Below, piece after piece: positions 49,015 to 60,928 of a stretch of DNA of 64,000 nucleotides (its first letter is position 1; each line of letters starts with the position of its first letter). A program made the translations under genes and the position numbers. The stretch spans positions 320,001 through 384,000 of the forward strand of contig CBDDDZ010000003.1 in NCBI GenBank assembly GCA_965226795.1, given 5' to 3'. This DNA is from Candidatus Latescibacterota bacterium (lineage in GTDB: Bacteria; Latescibacterota; UBA2968; GCA-2709665). The notes beneath the pieces were generated by a model, which did no database searches, was not told where the DNA came from, and saw only the letters and a program-made list of their open reading frames with translations.

Positions 49015-49130
49015 AGAGTTATAAACATACTGAAATATATGAAAAATAACTAGATACCGAATACGGCACGCGGCCTGGACTCGCGGGGGTACTGCCATTT
49101 TTGCATAAATATGCTATTGTGTCATATGCC

Positions 49131-49164
49131 AAAAGGGATGGCTGCAAAGAATGCAGCCATCCCT
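49131..49164 (-). terminator. Rho-independent terminator after sucC
   Basis: 13-bp perfect stem AGGGATGGCTGCA/TGCAGCCATCCCT with a T-run on the minus strand. Confidence 0.8.
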
Positions 49165-49198
49165 GGGTACGAGGTACCGGTAGTGGGAGAGCAGGCCT

Positions 49199-50386
49199 TC
49201 AATCGCTATTGGTCGTGGCCGGGGGCAGCCCGCGAACCGCCGCCACAACCGCTTCCGCCGCTTCTTTCAATTCGCGGGCGACCGTGAATTCCAGATCCGA
49301 GTTCTCCAGAATTCTCGCGCCCTCTTCGGCGTTGGTACCCTGCAGGCGTACCACGATCGGCAGGTCTACGGAAAAATCCTCGAGCGCCTGGACAACACCC
49401 TCAGCGACCCGGTCGCAACGCACGATGCCTCCGAAAATGTTGATGAGCACCGCCTTGACACCGGCGTCGGACAGCAGGATACGGAAGGCGTTCCGAACCC
49501 GTTCCACGTTGGCGCCGCCGCCCACGTCCAGGAAATTCGCGGGGGACGATCCCGCATATTTGACGATATCCATGGTGGCCATGGCCAGACCGGCGCCGTT
49601 GACCATGCAGCCGACCTCGCCGTCGAGCTTGATGTAGTTCAGGTCGAATTTGGAGGCGTCCACTTCCAGAGGGTCCTCCTCGTCGGTGTCGCGCAGTTCC
49701 CGAATATTCCCGTGGCGGAAGAGCGCGTTGTCGTCGAAGTTCATTTTAGCGTCCAAAGCCACCAGGTTTCCGTCGTCCGTGACCACAAGGGGGTTGATTT
49801 CGGCCAGAGAACAGTCGGTGCCGATGTAGGCTGCATAGAGCCGGTCGATGAACCGCACCCCCTGTTTATTCGCTCCGGATTCAAGGCCGAGGCCGAATGC
49901 CAGCCGGCGGGCCTGGAAGGGCTGAAGCCCAACCGCCGGATCGACGGTTTCCCTGAGGATTTTTTCCGGCGTGGCGGCGGCCACTTCTTCGATGTCCATC
50001 CCACCCTCACTGGATGCCATGATGACCAGCCTGGAACGATCCCGGTCCAATACCACGCCCAGATAGAGTTCACGGGCGATATCGGTGGCGCTTTCGATCC
50101 ACACCTGTTTGACGCGCTGCCCTTCAGGGCCTGTCTGAGGAGTGACCAGATTCCGTCCGATCATGTCCCTGGCATATCCGTAGGCCTCGTCCGGATCCCG
50201 GGCGAGTTTGATGCCGCCGCCCTTACCGCGGCCGCCTGCGTGGATCTGGGCCTTGACGACGACGGCGCCGCCGAGTTCGGCTGCCGCGCTTCTGGCCTCG
50301 TCGGCCGTTGTGGCCAGACGTCCATCGGGTACGGGTACGCCATACGACTTGAGGATTTCTTTGGCCTGGTATTCGTGGATCTTCAT
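49199..50386 (-). CDS. sucC: Succinyl-CoA synthetase beta subunit
   Basis: [48 protein letters not shown]. Confidence 0.98.
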   Translation of the reverse strand: MKIHEYQAKEILKSYGVPVPDGRLATTADEARSAAAELGGAVVVKAQIHAGGRGKGGGIKLARDPDEAYGYARDMIGRNLVTPQTGPEGQRVKQVWIESATDIARELYLGVVLDRDRSRLVIMASSEGGMDIEEVAAATPEKILRETVDPAVGLQPFQARRLAFGLGLESGANKQGVRFIDRLYAAYIGTDCSLAEINPLVVTDDGNLVALDAKMNFDDNALFRHGNIRELRDTDEEDPLEVDASKFDLNYIKLDGEVGCMVNGAGLAMATMDIVKYAGSSPANFLDVGGGANVERVRNAFRILLSDAGVKAVLINIFGGIVRCDRVAEGVVQALEDFSVDLPIVVRLQGTNAEEGARILENSDLEFTVARELKEAAEAVVAAVRGLPPATTNSD

Positions 50387-50420
50387 GGGGTCTCCTCGTG
50401 GGAGGGTCGTGGAGCGGGTT

Positions 50421-51998
<1,578 letters not shown>

Positions 51999-52053
51999 GG
52001 TGTCCGAAAATACGTTTTTGACGTACGAAAGGCAAGTTGAAACGGGAATGAAA

Positions 52054-52941
52054 TCAGCCCAGACCGGAAAGGTTCGAGGGGATGGTTTTTCTGAGCACCT
52101 GATGGAAAGATCTTACGATAGGACGGGCGAAGGTGGTACTGCGGCCAACAAGCGCGATCGGCCGGGAGAGCCCGGGATCGGGGAAACGAATAAGCCTCCG
52201 GTCGGGAATGCCCAGCGCTCTGGCGATACCCAGCGGCACCAGTCCGTGGCCGAATCCGCAGCGGGCCATCTGCGCGATGCCCGCGAAGGATTGAAGGGTC
52301 TGTACGGTTTCGATGCGCATGTTCCAATTCCTGGAGAGGATCCTGATCCGCTGTTCCAGGTGACGCCAGGTCGCGGCATGGGGTTCGATGGTGATGACCG
52401 GAAGCGATGTATCCCGGCGCAGTCGAAACGGCTTCAGTCCGGAGGGCACCAGGACCATGGGCTCGTCCACGAGGGGCTCCGACGTCATGCCGGCGCTGTA
52501 TTCCCCCAGATCCGCGCACAGCGCGAGCATATATTCGCCCGAGCGGACATTGTCAATAACAACGGGGCTTCTATGGGCATTGATGACGAGTTCAAGCTGC
52601 GGAATGGCCTGTACGACGTCGGCCAGGACGCGCGAACCCCACGAAGAGAGAATGGATTCGGAGATGCCAATCACAAGGCGGCTGCCCCGAACGGGGGACT
52701 CGGCGGCCACGGCCTCCCGCAGGGCGGCCATGAACGGCGCGGTCTTTTCGAGCAGTTGAATGCCCGCGGCCGTGAGACGGACGCGTCTGCCAACGGGTTC
52801 GATGAGGTTCCGTCCCAGCGTATTTTCCAGTGCGGCGATGCGTTTGCTGACGGCCGATTGGGAGATTCGCAGCCGGATGCCCGCTTTGGTCATCGTGCCG
52901 GCTTCGGAAAGCGCAGCCAGGGTTTCGATGTTTTCGATCAT
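52054..52941 (-). CDS. LysR family transcriptional regulator
   Basis: HTH TMTKAG.RL.ISQSAVSKRIAALE..LG..L..R.VRLT; 295 aa; divergent from acnA. Confidence 0.93.
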   Translation of the reverse strand: MIENIETLAALSEAGTMTKAGIRLRISQSAVSKRIAALENTLGRNLIEPVGRRVRLTAAGIQLLEKTAPFMAALREAVAAESPVRGSRLVIGISESILSSWGSRVLADVVQAIPQLELVINAHRSPVVIDNVRSGEYMLALCADLGEYSAGMTSEPLVDEPMVLVPSGLKPFRLRRDTSLPVITIEPHAATWRHLEQRIRILSRNWNMRIETVQTLQSFAGIAQMARCGFGHGLVPLGIARALGIPDRRLIRFPDPGLSRPIALVGRSTTFARPIVRSFHQVLRKTIPSNLSGLG

Positions 52942-53164
52942 AACGCGATGTCCTCAGTATGGGGGATCCTCCCGCGCCGTCCAGCCCGACGACACCTCGC
53001 CACCACTCTCCCCTTGAGGGTGGTCGCCCCCACCGGCGGCGGCGGGGGAACCGCCCGTGCGCGCTACGCCTCTCCCCGTGGGAGCGCGGGCACCTGCCCG
53101 AGCCGGTTTCTGCTGGGCAGGAAGGTCCCGTCCGCCCGGGGTTCCGGCCAACAAACGATAATTG

Positions 53165-53179
53165 ATTCCTTTTAGGAAT
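53165..53179. promoter_or_regulatory. Putative LysR operator
   Basis: Palindrome ATTCC-TTTTA-GGAAT containing T-N11-A, in the AT-rich divergent promoter region. Confidence 0.6.
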
Positions 53180-53553
53180 ATAATCTATAACAACGATTCG
53201 TTTTTATCTTGTATTGAATTTAGCTAAATTTGATTCGCGTGTAAAGCGGGAAATCCGCGAATCGCAAAGGCGGGGAATGGTAACCCATTTCCGGGGCGGG
53301 CAACTGGATCCCGACTTGCAAACTTTAGATTATATTATATATTGCGTAAGCAGTTCATTGATTCAGTGAGAGGGGAAACGTAAGAGGACCCCAGGACAAC
53401 CGCGAGACGTTAGAAGTGAGAAGCAGGAGGTCCACCCGGCACCCCGTTGTTTTTCGTGTTGTCTCACTTCTCCCGTCTTGCCGCTTTTTGCTGACCGCTG
53501 ATCGCTGTTTCTTCTTACGTCTCACTTCTTACTGCCTTGTGAGGATTCCCGTT

Positions 53554-56253
53554 ATGAGCAACGTTAAGGATCCCTTCGGATTACGCGACAGGTTGTCCAC
53601 GGCCGGCGGCGAGGTTCAAATATATCGCCTGGATCGATTGGAAACGTCCGGCATCGGCGCGATTTCGCGATTGCCCTTCACCATAAAGGTGTTGCTGGAA
53701 GCGACGCTGCGGAATCTGGACGGATTTCTGGTGACCGAAGACGATGCCGCGGGGCTGGCCGGATGGAATGCGGCGGCGCCGACCCAGGCGGAGGTCCCTT
53801 TCATGCCGGCGCGCGTGGTGTTGCAGGATTTCACCGGCGTGCCCTCCCTGGTCGATCTGGCCGCGCTTCGTACCGCCATGGCCCGGATGGGAAAGGATCC
53901 GCGGCGGATCGAGCCGCAGATTCCGGCCGACCTGGTGATCGACCATTCGGTGCAGGTCGACCGGTTCGCCCGCCATGACGCGCTGCGAATCAACGCGGAG
54001 ATCGAATTTGAACGGAACCGGGAACGTTATGAGTTTCTCAGGTGGGGAGCCAATGCGTTTGAGAAGTTTCACGTGATACCGCCCGCTACGGGAATCGTGC
54101 ACCAGGTGAACCTGGAATACCTGGCGAAAGGCGTGGTGCACCAGCGAGGCGTGGCGTTTCCGGACAGCCTCGTGGGAACCGATTCCCACACCACCATGAT
54201 CAACGGCCTGGGCGTGCTGGGTTGGGGCGTTGGCGGGATCGAGGCCGAGGCGGTCATGTTGGGGCAGCCAATCTATATGGCGACGCCCGAGGTGGTGGGC
54301 TTCAAGCTGCACGGCAGACTGCCCGAAGGCACGACCGCTACGGACCTGGCGCTAACGGTAACCCAGATGCTGCGCGCAAAAGGGGTGGTCGGCAAGTTCG
54401 TGGAGTTCTACGGCACGGGTTTGTCGAGCATCAGCTTGGCCGACCGTGCAACCATCGCGAATATGGCGCCGGAATACGGCGCTACCGTGGGTTTCTTTCC
54501 CGTAGACGCGGAGACGTTGCGTTACCTGGAGCGCACAGCGAGGTCGGCTGAGAAGGTCGACCTGGTGGCGCGGTATACCCGGGCGCAGGGTCTGTTCCGT
54601 ACGGACGAAACGCCGGAACCCGCGTTTACGGAAACGCTCGAGATGGACCTGGGCACCGTGGAACCGTGTCTGGCCGGGCCGAAGCGGCCGCAGGACCGCG
54701 TGCCGCTGGACGCCCTGAAGCGGGGATTCGAGCATGCGTTGACATCACCCGTCGGTCACAGCGGGTTCGGTGTGGATGAAGCGGTTCGCGGGAGGAAATT
54801 GACCGTGGCGGCCAACGGCCGGTCTCAGATCGGACACGGCGCGGTGGTAATCGCGGCGATTACCAGCTGTACGAATACGAGCAATCCCTCGGTGATGGTG
54901 GGTGCGGGGCTTCTGGCCAAGAAGGCGGTGGAACGGGGGCTCACGGTACCCTCTCATGTGAAAACAAGCCTGGCGCCGGGGTCGCGTGTGGTCACGGATT
55001 ATCTGAACGCGGCCGGGTTGACGCCCTACCTGGAACGACTGGGATTCCATACGGTCGGATACGGATGCACCACCTGTATAGGCAACAGCGGTCCGTTGCC
55101 GGAACCGGTGGTGGCTGCTATCGACGAAGGCGATCTGGTGGCGGCATCGGTTCTTTCGGGCAACCGGAATTTCGAGGGCCGGGTAAACCCGCACGTAAAG
55201 GCGAACTATCTCGCGTCTCCTCCCCTGGTGGTGGCCTATGCCCTGGCGGGCCGGGTTGACGTGGACCTGGCGAACGAGCCGCTGGGAGAGGATGCCGATG
55301 GAAATCCGGTAACCCTGAGTGACATCTGGCCTACCCAGGAGGAAATCTCCGATACCATCGCACAGGCGCTGAAGCCTGAGATGTTTGAATCGCGGTACAG
55401 CAACGTATTCGACGGTAACGAGACCTGGAACGCCATTACCGGGCAGGAAACGGCGCTGTATTCCTGGAATGCGGACAGCACCTACGTGCAGGAGCCGCCG
55501 TTCTTCCGGGACCTCGCGGAACAACCGGCGCCCATTCGGGAAGTTCACGGCGCCCGGGTGCTTGTGATGTTGGGAGATTCCGTGACAACCGACCACATTT
55601 CACCGGCGGGCAGTATTGCCGTGGACAGTCCGGCGGGGCGTTACCTGATCGAAAAGGGAGTGGCGCCCATGGATTTCAACTCGTACGGGTCCCGGCGGGG
55701 CAATCACGAAGTAATGGTACGCGGCACGTTTGCGAATATCCGCATCCGCAATCTGCTGGCGCCGGGGACGGAGGGTGGCGTCACCGTTCATCTGCCGGGC
55801 GACGAGCAAATGGGAATCTACGATGCGGCTATTCGTTACGCGCAGGAGGGTGTACCGCTCGTCGTACTGGCCGGGAAGGAATACGGTACCGGGTCGTCGC
55901 GGGACTGGGCGGCCAAAGGGCCGGCGCTGCAGGGGGTGCGCGCCGTGATCGCGGAGAGTTACGAACGGATTCATCGGAGCAATCTGGTGGGCATGGGCGT
56001 GCTGCCGCTGCAGTTCAAGCAGGGCGAAACCGCGGCTTCGCTGGGGCTAACGGGCAGAGAGGTATTCGATATCGAGGGCATCGGCGACGATCTGCGCCTG
56101 CTTCAGGACGCAACGGTAACGGCTACGGCGGAAGATGGATCCGTAAAGACGTTCTCCACAACGGTGCGCATCGATACGCCCGTGGAAATCGACTACTATC
56201 GGAACGGAGGCATTCTGCACTTCGTGCTGAGAAACTACCTTAAGGAACCCTGA
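53554..56253 (+). CDS. acnA: Aconitate hydratase A
   Basis: [63 protein letters not shown]. Confidence 0.98.
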   Translation: MSNVKDPFGLRDRLSTAGGEVQIYRLDRLETSGIGAISRLPFTIKVLLEATLRNLDGFLVTEDDAAGLAGWNAAAPTQAEVPFMPARVVLQDFTGVPSLVDLAALRTAMARMGKDPRRIEPQIPADLVIDHSVQVDRFARHDALRINAEIEFERNRERYEFLRWGANAFEKFHVIPPATGIVHQVNLEYLAKGVVHQRGVAFPDSLVGTDSHTTMINGLGVLGWGVGGIEAEAVMLGQPIYMATPEVVGFKLHGRLPEGTTATDLALTVTQMLRAKGVVGKFVEFYGTGLSSISLADRATIANMAPEYGATVGFFPVDAETLRYLERTARSAEKVDLVARYTRAQGLFRTDETPEPAFTETLEMDLGTVEPCLAGPKRPQDRVPLDALKRGFEHALTSPVGHSGFGVDEAVRGRKLTVAANGRSQIGHGAVVIAAITSCTNTSNPSVMVGAGLLAKKAVERGLTVPSHVKTSLAPGSRVVTDYLNAAGLTPYLERLGFHTVGYGCTTCIGNSGPLPEPVVAAIDEGDLVAASVLSGNRNFEGRVNPHVKANYLASPPLVVAYALAGRVDVDLANEPLGEDADGNPVTLSDIWPTQEEISDTIAQALKPEMFESRYSNVFDGNETWNAITGQETALYSWNADSTYVQEPPFFRDLAEQPAPIREVHGARVLVMLGDSVTTDHISPAGSIAVDSPAGRYLIEKGVAPMDFNSYGSRRGNHEVMVRGTFANIRIRNLLAPGTEGGVTVHLPGDEQMGIYDAAIRYAQEGVPLVVLAGKEYGTGSSRDWAAKGPALQGVRAVIAESYERIHRSNLVGMGVLPLQFKQGETAASLGLTGREVFDIEGIGDDLRLLQDATVTATAEDGSVKTFSTTVRIDTPVEIDYYRNGGILHFVLRNYLKEP

Positions 56254-56318
56254 TTCCGGGCTTCGAAACGGCCGGACCGAAGCGCAGGCTTCCGGCCCGA
56301 CGGCCCTTTCATCCGCAC

Positions 56319-56347
56319 AAAAAAAACCGGGTCCTTCAGGACCCCGG
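56319..56347 (-). terminator. Rho-independent terminator after mdh
   Basis: A8 run followed by hairpin CCGGGTCC-TTCA-GGACCCCGG. Confidence 0.75.
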
Positions 56348-56389
56348 CCGTGCGAAAAGTTCGGATGTAGAATGAATCGAAGCCTGTTT

Positions 56390-57313
56390 TCAGAGCTTAA
56401 GTTTCCGGACGCTGGATCGAACGGCCTCGGCGGATGCATGAAAGGCTTTCTGTTCGTCCGGCGTGAGGCCGATTTCGATGATTTCCTCTACGCCCGAAGC
56501 ACCCAGCTTCACCGGCACACCCATAAACAGATCCTGGACCCCGTATTGGCCGGTAAGCCAGGCAGCGCATGGCAGGATACGTTTCTTGTCCCGCACAATG
56601 GCCGCCACCATTTCGGCAATGGCGGATGCGGGCGCGTAATAGGCGCTGCCCGTTTTGAGGTGTCCGACAATTTCGGCACCGCCATTCCGGGTGCGTTCAA
56701 CCAGCCGTTCGATGGCGGCTTCGTCGAGCAGTTCGGAGAGCGGAATGCCGGCGACGGATGAGTAGCGGGGCAGGGGCAGCATGGAATCGCCGTGGCCGCC
56801 CAGAACGAAGGCGGTAACGTCTTCCACGGAAACGTCCAGTTCATCCGCGATGAAATAACGAAAACGCGCGGAATCCAAAATGCCCGCCATGCCAACGACA
56901 TGAGCGGGCGAAAATTCCGTAACTTTCAGCGCCACGTAAGCCATTGCGTCGAGGGGATTCGTTACCACGATAACAATGGCGTCGGGCGCTGTTTCTTTTA
57001 CGCGATCGCAAACCGAACCGACGATGTCCGCATTTGTGGACAGCAGGTCGTCCCGGGTCATCCCGGGCTTACGCGCCAGGCCGGCGGTAATGACGACGAT
57101 GTCGGATCCGGACAGGCTGCCGGAATCGCTCGTACCCGTAACCCGGGTGTCGAAGCGGTCAACCGGCGATGCCTCAGCCAGGTCCAGGGCTTTGCCCTGT
57201 GGAATGCCCTCGGCGACGTCCAGCAGTATCAGTTCGCGGGCGAGTTCCCGTTCCGCAATATGCTGAGCGGCGGTCGCTCCCACGTTGCCGGCGCCAACCA
57301 CTGCGATTTTCAA
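56390..57313 (-). CDS. mdh: Malate dehydrogenase (LDH-like)
   Basis: [36 protein letters not shown]. Confidence 0.96.
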   Translation of the reverse strand: MKIAVVGAGNVGATAAQHIAERELARELILLDVAEGIPQGKALDLAEASPVDRFDTRVTGTSDSGSLSGSDIVVITAGLARKPGMTRDDLLSTNADIVGSVCDRVKETAPDAIVIVVTNPLDAMAYVALKVTEFSPAHVVGMAGILDSARFRYFIADELDVSVEDVTAFVLGGHGDSMLPLPRYSSVAGIPLSELLDEAAIERLVERTRNGGAEIVGHLKTGSAYYAPASAIAEMVAAIVRDKKRILPCAAWLTGQYGVQDLFMGVPVKLGASGVEEIIEIGLTPDEQKAFHASAEAVRSSVRKLKL

Positions 57314-57320
57314 TGCCGGG

Positions 57321-57581
57321 CTACTCCGCCTTGGGGTAAACGCTGACCTTTTTGCGACGCTTGTTCAGGTCCTGGAAGGTCACAATGCCGTCGACCAGCG
57401 CAAAAAGCGAATCGTCTCTGCCGCGCCCTACCTCGTCTCCGGGATGGATCCGGGTGCCGCGCTGCCGGACAATGATGCTGCCCGCGGTGACAAACTGCCC
57501 GCCGAAGACTTTGACGCCCAGGCGCCGTCCCCGGCTGTCGCGGCCGTTCCGGGAACTTCCGGCCCCTTTTTTGTGGGCCAT
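57321..57581 (-). CDS. rpmA: 50S ribosomal protein L27
   Basis: [16 protein letters not shown]...IIVRQRGT. Confidence 0.99.
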   Translation of the reverse strand: MAHKKGAGSSRNGRDSRGRRLGVKVFGGQFVTAGSIIVRQRGTRIHPGDEVGRGRDDSLFALVDGIVTFQDLNKRRKKVSVYPKAE

Positions 57582-57643
57582 GCCGTTGACCTCCTACCCA
57601 TGCCTCTGCTGGATTGGGAATTTCCCGATACCGCGCGGGGGGT

Positions 57644-57955
57644 TTATACTGAAATGCCGTCGATCCGGAGATCCGTATAAGGCTGCCGATGGCCGTTTTT
57701 CCGCCGATAGCCCTTTCGACGTTTCATTTTGAAGACAATGACTTTGTCGTGCTTTCCGTGCTCCAGGACACTGGCCTCCACGGCGGCCCCTTCGACCTGC
57801 GGCCTGCCGATGCTGGTTTCGCCGTCTTTCGATACCAACAGAACCCGATCCAGGGTGACCGATTCTCCGGCCTCGACCTTGAGGCGGGAGACGCGAATGC
57901 GATCGCCTTCCTGAACTTTGACCTGTTGGCCGGCGATGACGACGACGGCGTACAT
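57644..57955 (-). CDS. rplU: 50S ribosomal protein L21
   Basis: MYAVV..AGQQVKV...KRRKGYRRKNGHRQPYT; GGAGG RBS. Confidence 0.98.
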   Translation of the reverse strand: MYAVVVIAGQQVKVQEGDRIRVSRLKVEAGESVTLDRVLLVSKDGETSIGRPQVEGAAVEASVLEHGKHDKVIVFKMKRRKGYRRKNGHRQPYTDLRIDGISV

Positions 57956-58015
57956 GAAAACCTCCATAAAACGATTTGGCGCATCCATTCGTTTCACCCG
58001 CGAAACGCGGCCGGA

Positions 58016-58044
58016 ACGGTAACAAAGACGGGTGGTTTTGTCAA
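58016..58044 (-). promoter_or_regulatory. Sigma70-type promoter for rplU-rpmA-mdh
   Basis: TTGACA, 17 bp, TACCGT on the minus strand, overlapping the RNase stop codon. Confidence 0.5.
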
Positions 58045-59582
58045 GTTTTAAATTTGTCCGTAATGTCCAGATTTCGTTTCCGGGAATACATCCGGTAGGC
58101 GTCCACCTGCAGATCGTGGTCATTTTCCACGTTTAGCCACACCCGCGTGGACCGTCGCAGCCTCTTCAGACGTTCGCGACGGTTTTCGAGGATGAATTCT
58201 CCGACCGAGGGGTTGACATGCACGGTAAGCCTGCGTTCAACCGAGTCGGCCCGCGACCGCTTGAGCCACCGCTCGATTCGGGCGAGGGTGGACTCCCGGC
58301 TGGGCACGCGACCGCTGCCGTTGCAGTTGGGACAGGATTCGCTGAAGGTGAACATGAGGCTGGGGCGGACCCTCTGGCGGGTCATCTCCATGAGGCCAAA
58401 CTCGCTGATCTCGGAGAAGCGGGGCTTGGACCGGTCCCGGCGGACGGCCTGTCGAAATTCGGATTCCACCTTTTTGCGGTTCTGGACAAAGGCCATGTCG
58501 ATGAAATCGATCACGATGATACCACCGATATCGCGCAGGCGAAGCTGGCGTGGGATTTCCTTGGCGGCCTCGAGGTTGATTTTCAACACGTTGTCTTCCT
58601 GGTTCGATCTGCCCACGAACCTGCCGCTGTTCACGTCGATGGCAAATAAAGCCTCGGTGTGATCCAGAACCAGGTATCCGCCACCCTTCAGCCAGACCCT
58701 GCGGTCCGAGCATTTTTCAATTTCATTCTCGATACCAAAGGCGTCGAAGACGGGCGTGCTGTCTCGGTGGTATTCCACCCGGCTGCGGAGGTGGGGCGAA
58801 GTGGATTTGAGATAAGCCAGTATCTTCTTGTATTCCTGTTTTGCGTCAACCACCAGGCGGTCGACGTCGTCGGTAAACAGGTCGCGGATCAGACTCGACG
58901 TCATGCCCATTTCTTTGTGCAGAATGCTGGCCGCGTCGGCGTTTCGGTACTGTTTCTGGACGCGCGACCAGACATTCATCAATTGCTTCAGGTCTCGCAT
59001 CATCTCCCGGTCGCCCTTGCCGGAGGCTTCGGTCCGCACAATGATGCCGCAACCGTCGGGGCGTATGTCGTGGCCGAGTTCCTTCAGCCTTCGTTTTTCG
59101 GATATGTTGGTGATCTTACGGGAAACGCCCACCTTCTCCCCGTTGGGCACCAGCACCATAAACCGTCCGGGCAGGGAGGGCACGGCCGTTACCCTGGGCC
59201 CCTTCGTGCCGATGGGTTCTTTCTTGACCTGAACAAGAACCTCCTGGCCCTTCTGGATGAGTCCTTCTATGGGAATGACCGATTTTCCGTTTGCGTTGGT
59301 TCGCGCGTCGATTTCCTCGAGGGTTTCTTCATCCAGCCCCACCATTGACCCGGGCGAACCGGGCATATCGGACGCGTGAAGAAAAGCGCTTTTCTCCAGT
59401 CCGATATCCACAAAGGCAGCCTGCATTCCGGGGAGCACCGCGGCAACTGTTCCTTTGTAAATATCGCCGACCATGCGCTGGTTCTCTGCGCATTCGACGA
59501 GGATTTCAACCAACTTTCCATCTTCCAGAACAGCAATTCGTGATTCGTGGGACCCTACGTTGATTACAATTTCGTTCTTCAC
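58041..59582 (-). CDS. Rne/Rng family ribonuclease (RNase G/E)
   Basis: GDIYKG.V..VLPGMQAAFVDIG, IDVNSG, RQLRLRDIGGIIVIDFIDM, CPNCNGSG; no long C-terminal scaffold. Confidence 0.96.
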   Translation of the reverse strand: MKNEIVINVGSHESRIAVLEDGKLVEILVECAENQRMVGDIYKGTVAAVLPGMQAAFVDIGLEKSAFLHASDMPGSPGSMVGLDEETLEEIDARTNANGKSVIPIEGLIQKGQEVLVQVKKEPIGTKGPRVTAVPSLPGRFMVLVPNGEKVGVSRKITNISEKRRLKELGHDIRPDGCGIIVRTEASGKGDREMMRDLKQLMNVWSRVQKQYRNADAASILHKEMGMTSSLIRDLFTDDVDRLVVDAKQEYKKILAYLKSTSPHLRSRVEYHRDSTPVFDAFGIENEIEKCSDRRVWLKGGGYLVLDHTEALFAIDVNSGRFVGRSNQEDNVLKINLEAAKEIPRQLRLRDIGGIIVIDFIDMAFVQNRKKVESEFRQAVRRDRSKPRFSEISEFGLMEMTRQRVRPSLMFTFSESCPNCNGSGRVPSRESTLARIERWLKRSRADSVERRLTVHVNPSVGEFILENRRERLKRLRRSTRVWLNVENDHDLQVDAYRMYSRKRNLDITDKFKT

Positions 59583-59731
59583 TCGCACCTCGCCCTTCTT
59601 CACATATAAACATCTGGTATTATTGTATGTTACGAACAATGTAACAAAAACCCGGACTATAGACAAGGAGATTGTTCCGTCGCAGCGGCATGTACGCGTG
59701 AACGGGGCGTTCGATCTCCAGATCGCAAGCC

Positions 59732-60469
59732 CTACTTTGCAACGACCCGCCTTGGGAAGATCGTGATTTCTTCCACGATCGCCCGGCCGGGCAGCTGCGC
59801 GACCATCAGCGCGGTGGCGGCGATGTCTTCCGGCGGGAGCGCGGCGGCACGTTTTTCATCGGAGACAGGGTTGGGACGGAGATCCAGGATGGGCGTGTCG
59901 ACCTCTCCTGGAAAGATACAGCACGCCCGGATACCGGTCTCGCGGAACTCGGCGTTGATGGACTGGTTCAGGGCGGCCATTCCGAATTTGGATGCGCAGT
60001 AGGCCACCCCCGCAACCATGCCGGACCGTTTGCCGGCCATGGATGAGATATTGATGACCAGACCGTCGACCTGTTTCTCCATGTGCGGCATGACGGCCCG
60101 AAATGCATTGAATGCGCCGGTGAGATTGATATCGACAACCCGATCCCAGTCCTCGTCGGAGATATCTCTGAGGCCGCGCTTCAGCGTATTGATACCGGCG
60201 TTGTTCACCAGGATGTCGATGCGCCCGAAACGCTCGATGGTACGATCCGAGAGGGCTTTGACAGACTCACGACAGGTGACGTCGGCCGGTACACAAAGCG
60301 TCTCTGCCTGGGGATTACGCGTTGCTTCCGCCGTTTCGTCAAGGACTTCGGCGCGGCGTCCGGCGAGGACGCAATTCATACCTGCATTGGAAAACGCCAC
60401 GGCGATGGCGCGGCCGATACCCGTGCCGGCGCCCGTGATGATGGCGGTCTTGACGTCAGTGCCTGTCAT
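59732..60469 (-). CDS. SDR family oxidoreductase
   Basis: TGAGTGIG, NNAG, YCASK, PGEVDT. Confidence 0.92.
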   Translation of the reverse strand: MTGTDVKTAIITGAGTGIGRAIAVAFSNAGMNCVLAGRRAEVLDETAEATRNPQAETLCVPADVTCRESVKALSDRTIERFGRIDILVNNAGINTLKRGLRDISDEDWDRVVDINLTGAFNAFRAVMPHMEKQVDGLVINISSMAGKRSGMVAGVAYCASKFGMAALNQSINAEFRETGIRACCIFPGEVDTPILDLRPNPVSDEKRAAALPPEDIAATALMVAQLPGRAIVEEITIFPRRVVAK

Positions 60470-60928
60470 GAGGTTCTGAACTCCGGGAATGATTTGGGAT
60501 CGGACTCAAAAACAAGAATAGAACCTGTGATGTTTGCGTGTTACGGTCCGCTCCGGGGTTGTGCATATCGGCGGTGTGTCGGCAGCGCCGAACCCGTCGG
60601 TTTCGTCGCTTCGCCCATGTGGATAATGTAGGCATTCGATGCGGGAATGTCAAATCGGGACCCCGGAGAATCGCGTTACCGGCGAATGGGTTAACAAAGT
60701 CGCGTGAAGGCGCTGCGGGGTGACCGTTTGCGGCCTCGTTCGGGCGGTTTTCCGGGGCAGTGTGTCGACTTGCAATCGTATCGTCCGCATTTTGGGCGAA
60801 CCTCGGATTCTGCCCCGACCCTGGCCGTAACCGAATCGGAGGGCCAGTTTTGAAGTGACATTTGAACCGGCTTTGTATATATTTATCGCCTGGCGCCGGA
60901 GCATTCGGCGCAATGAAAGGGATCGCCG

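Noticed and set aside
48940..49130. CIRCE element upstream of dnaK
   Set aside because: No TTAGCACTC-N9-GAGTGCTAA is present; a sigma54-like site fits better.
57582..57643. Prp protease gene between rplU and rpmA
   Set aside because: The gap is only ~60 bp, and L27 begins MAHKKG with no cleavable extension.
60640..60928. Moco riboswitch upstream of moeA
   Set aside because: I could not match the motif. A plausible promoter (GTGACA-17-TATATT) lies ~45 bp before the ATG, leaving too short a leader.
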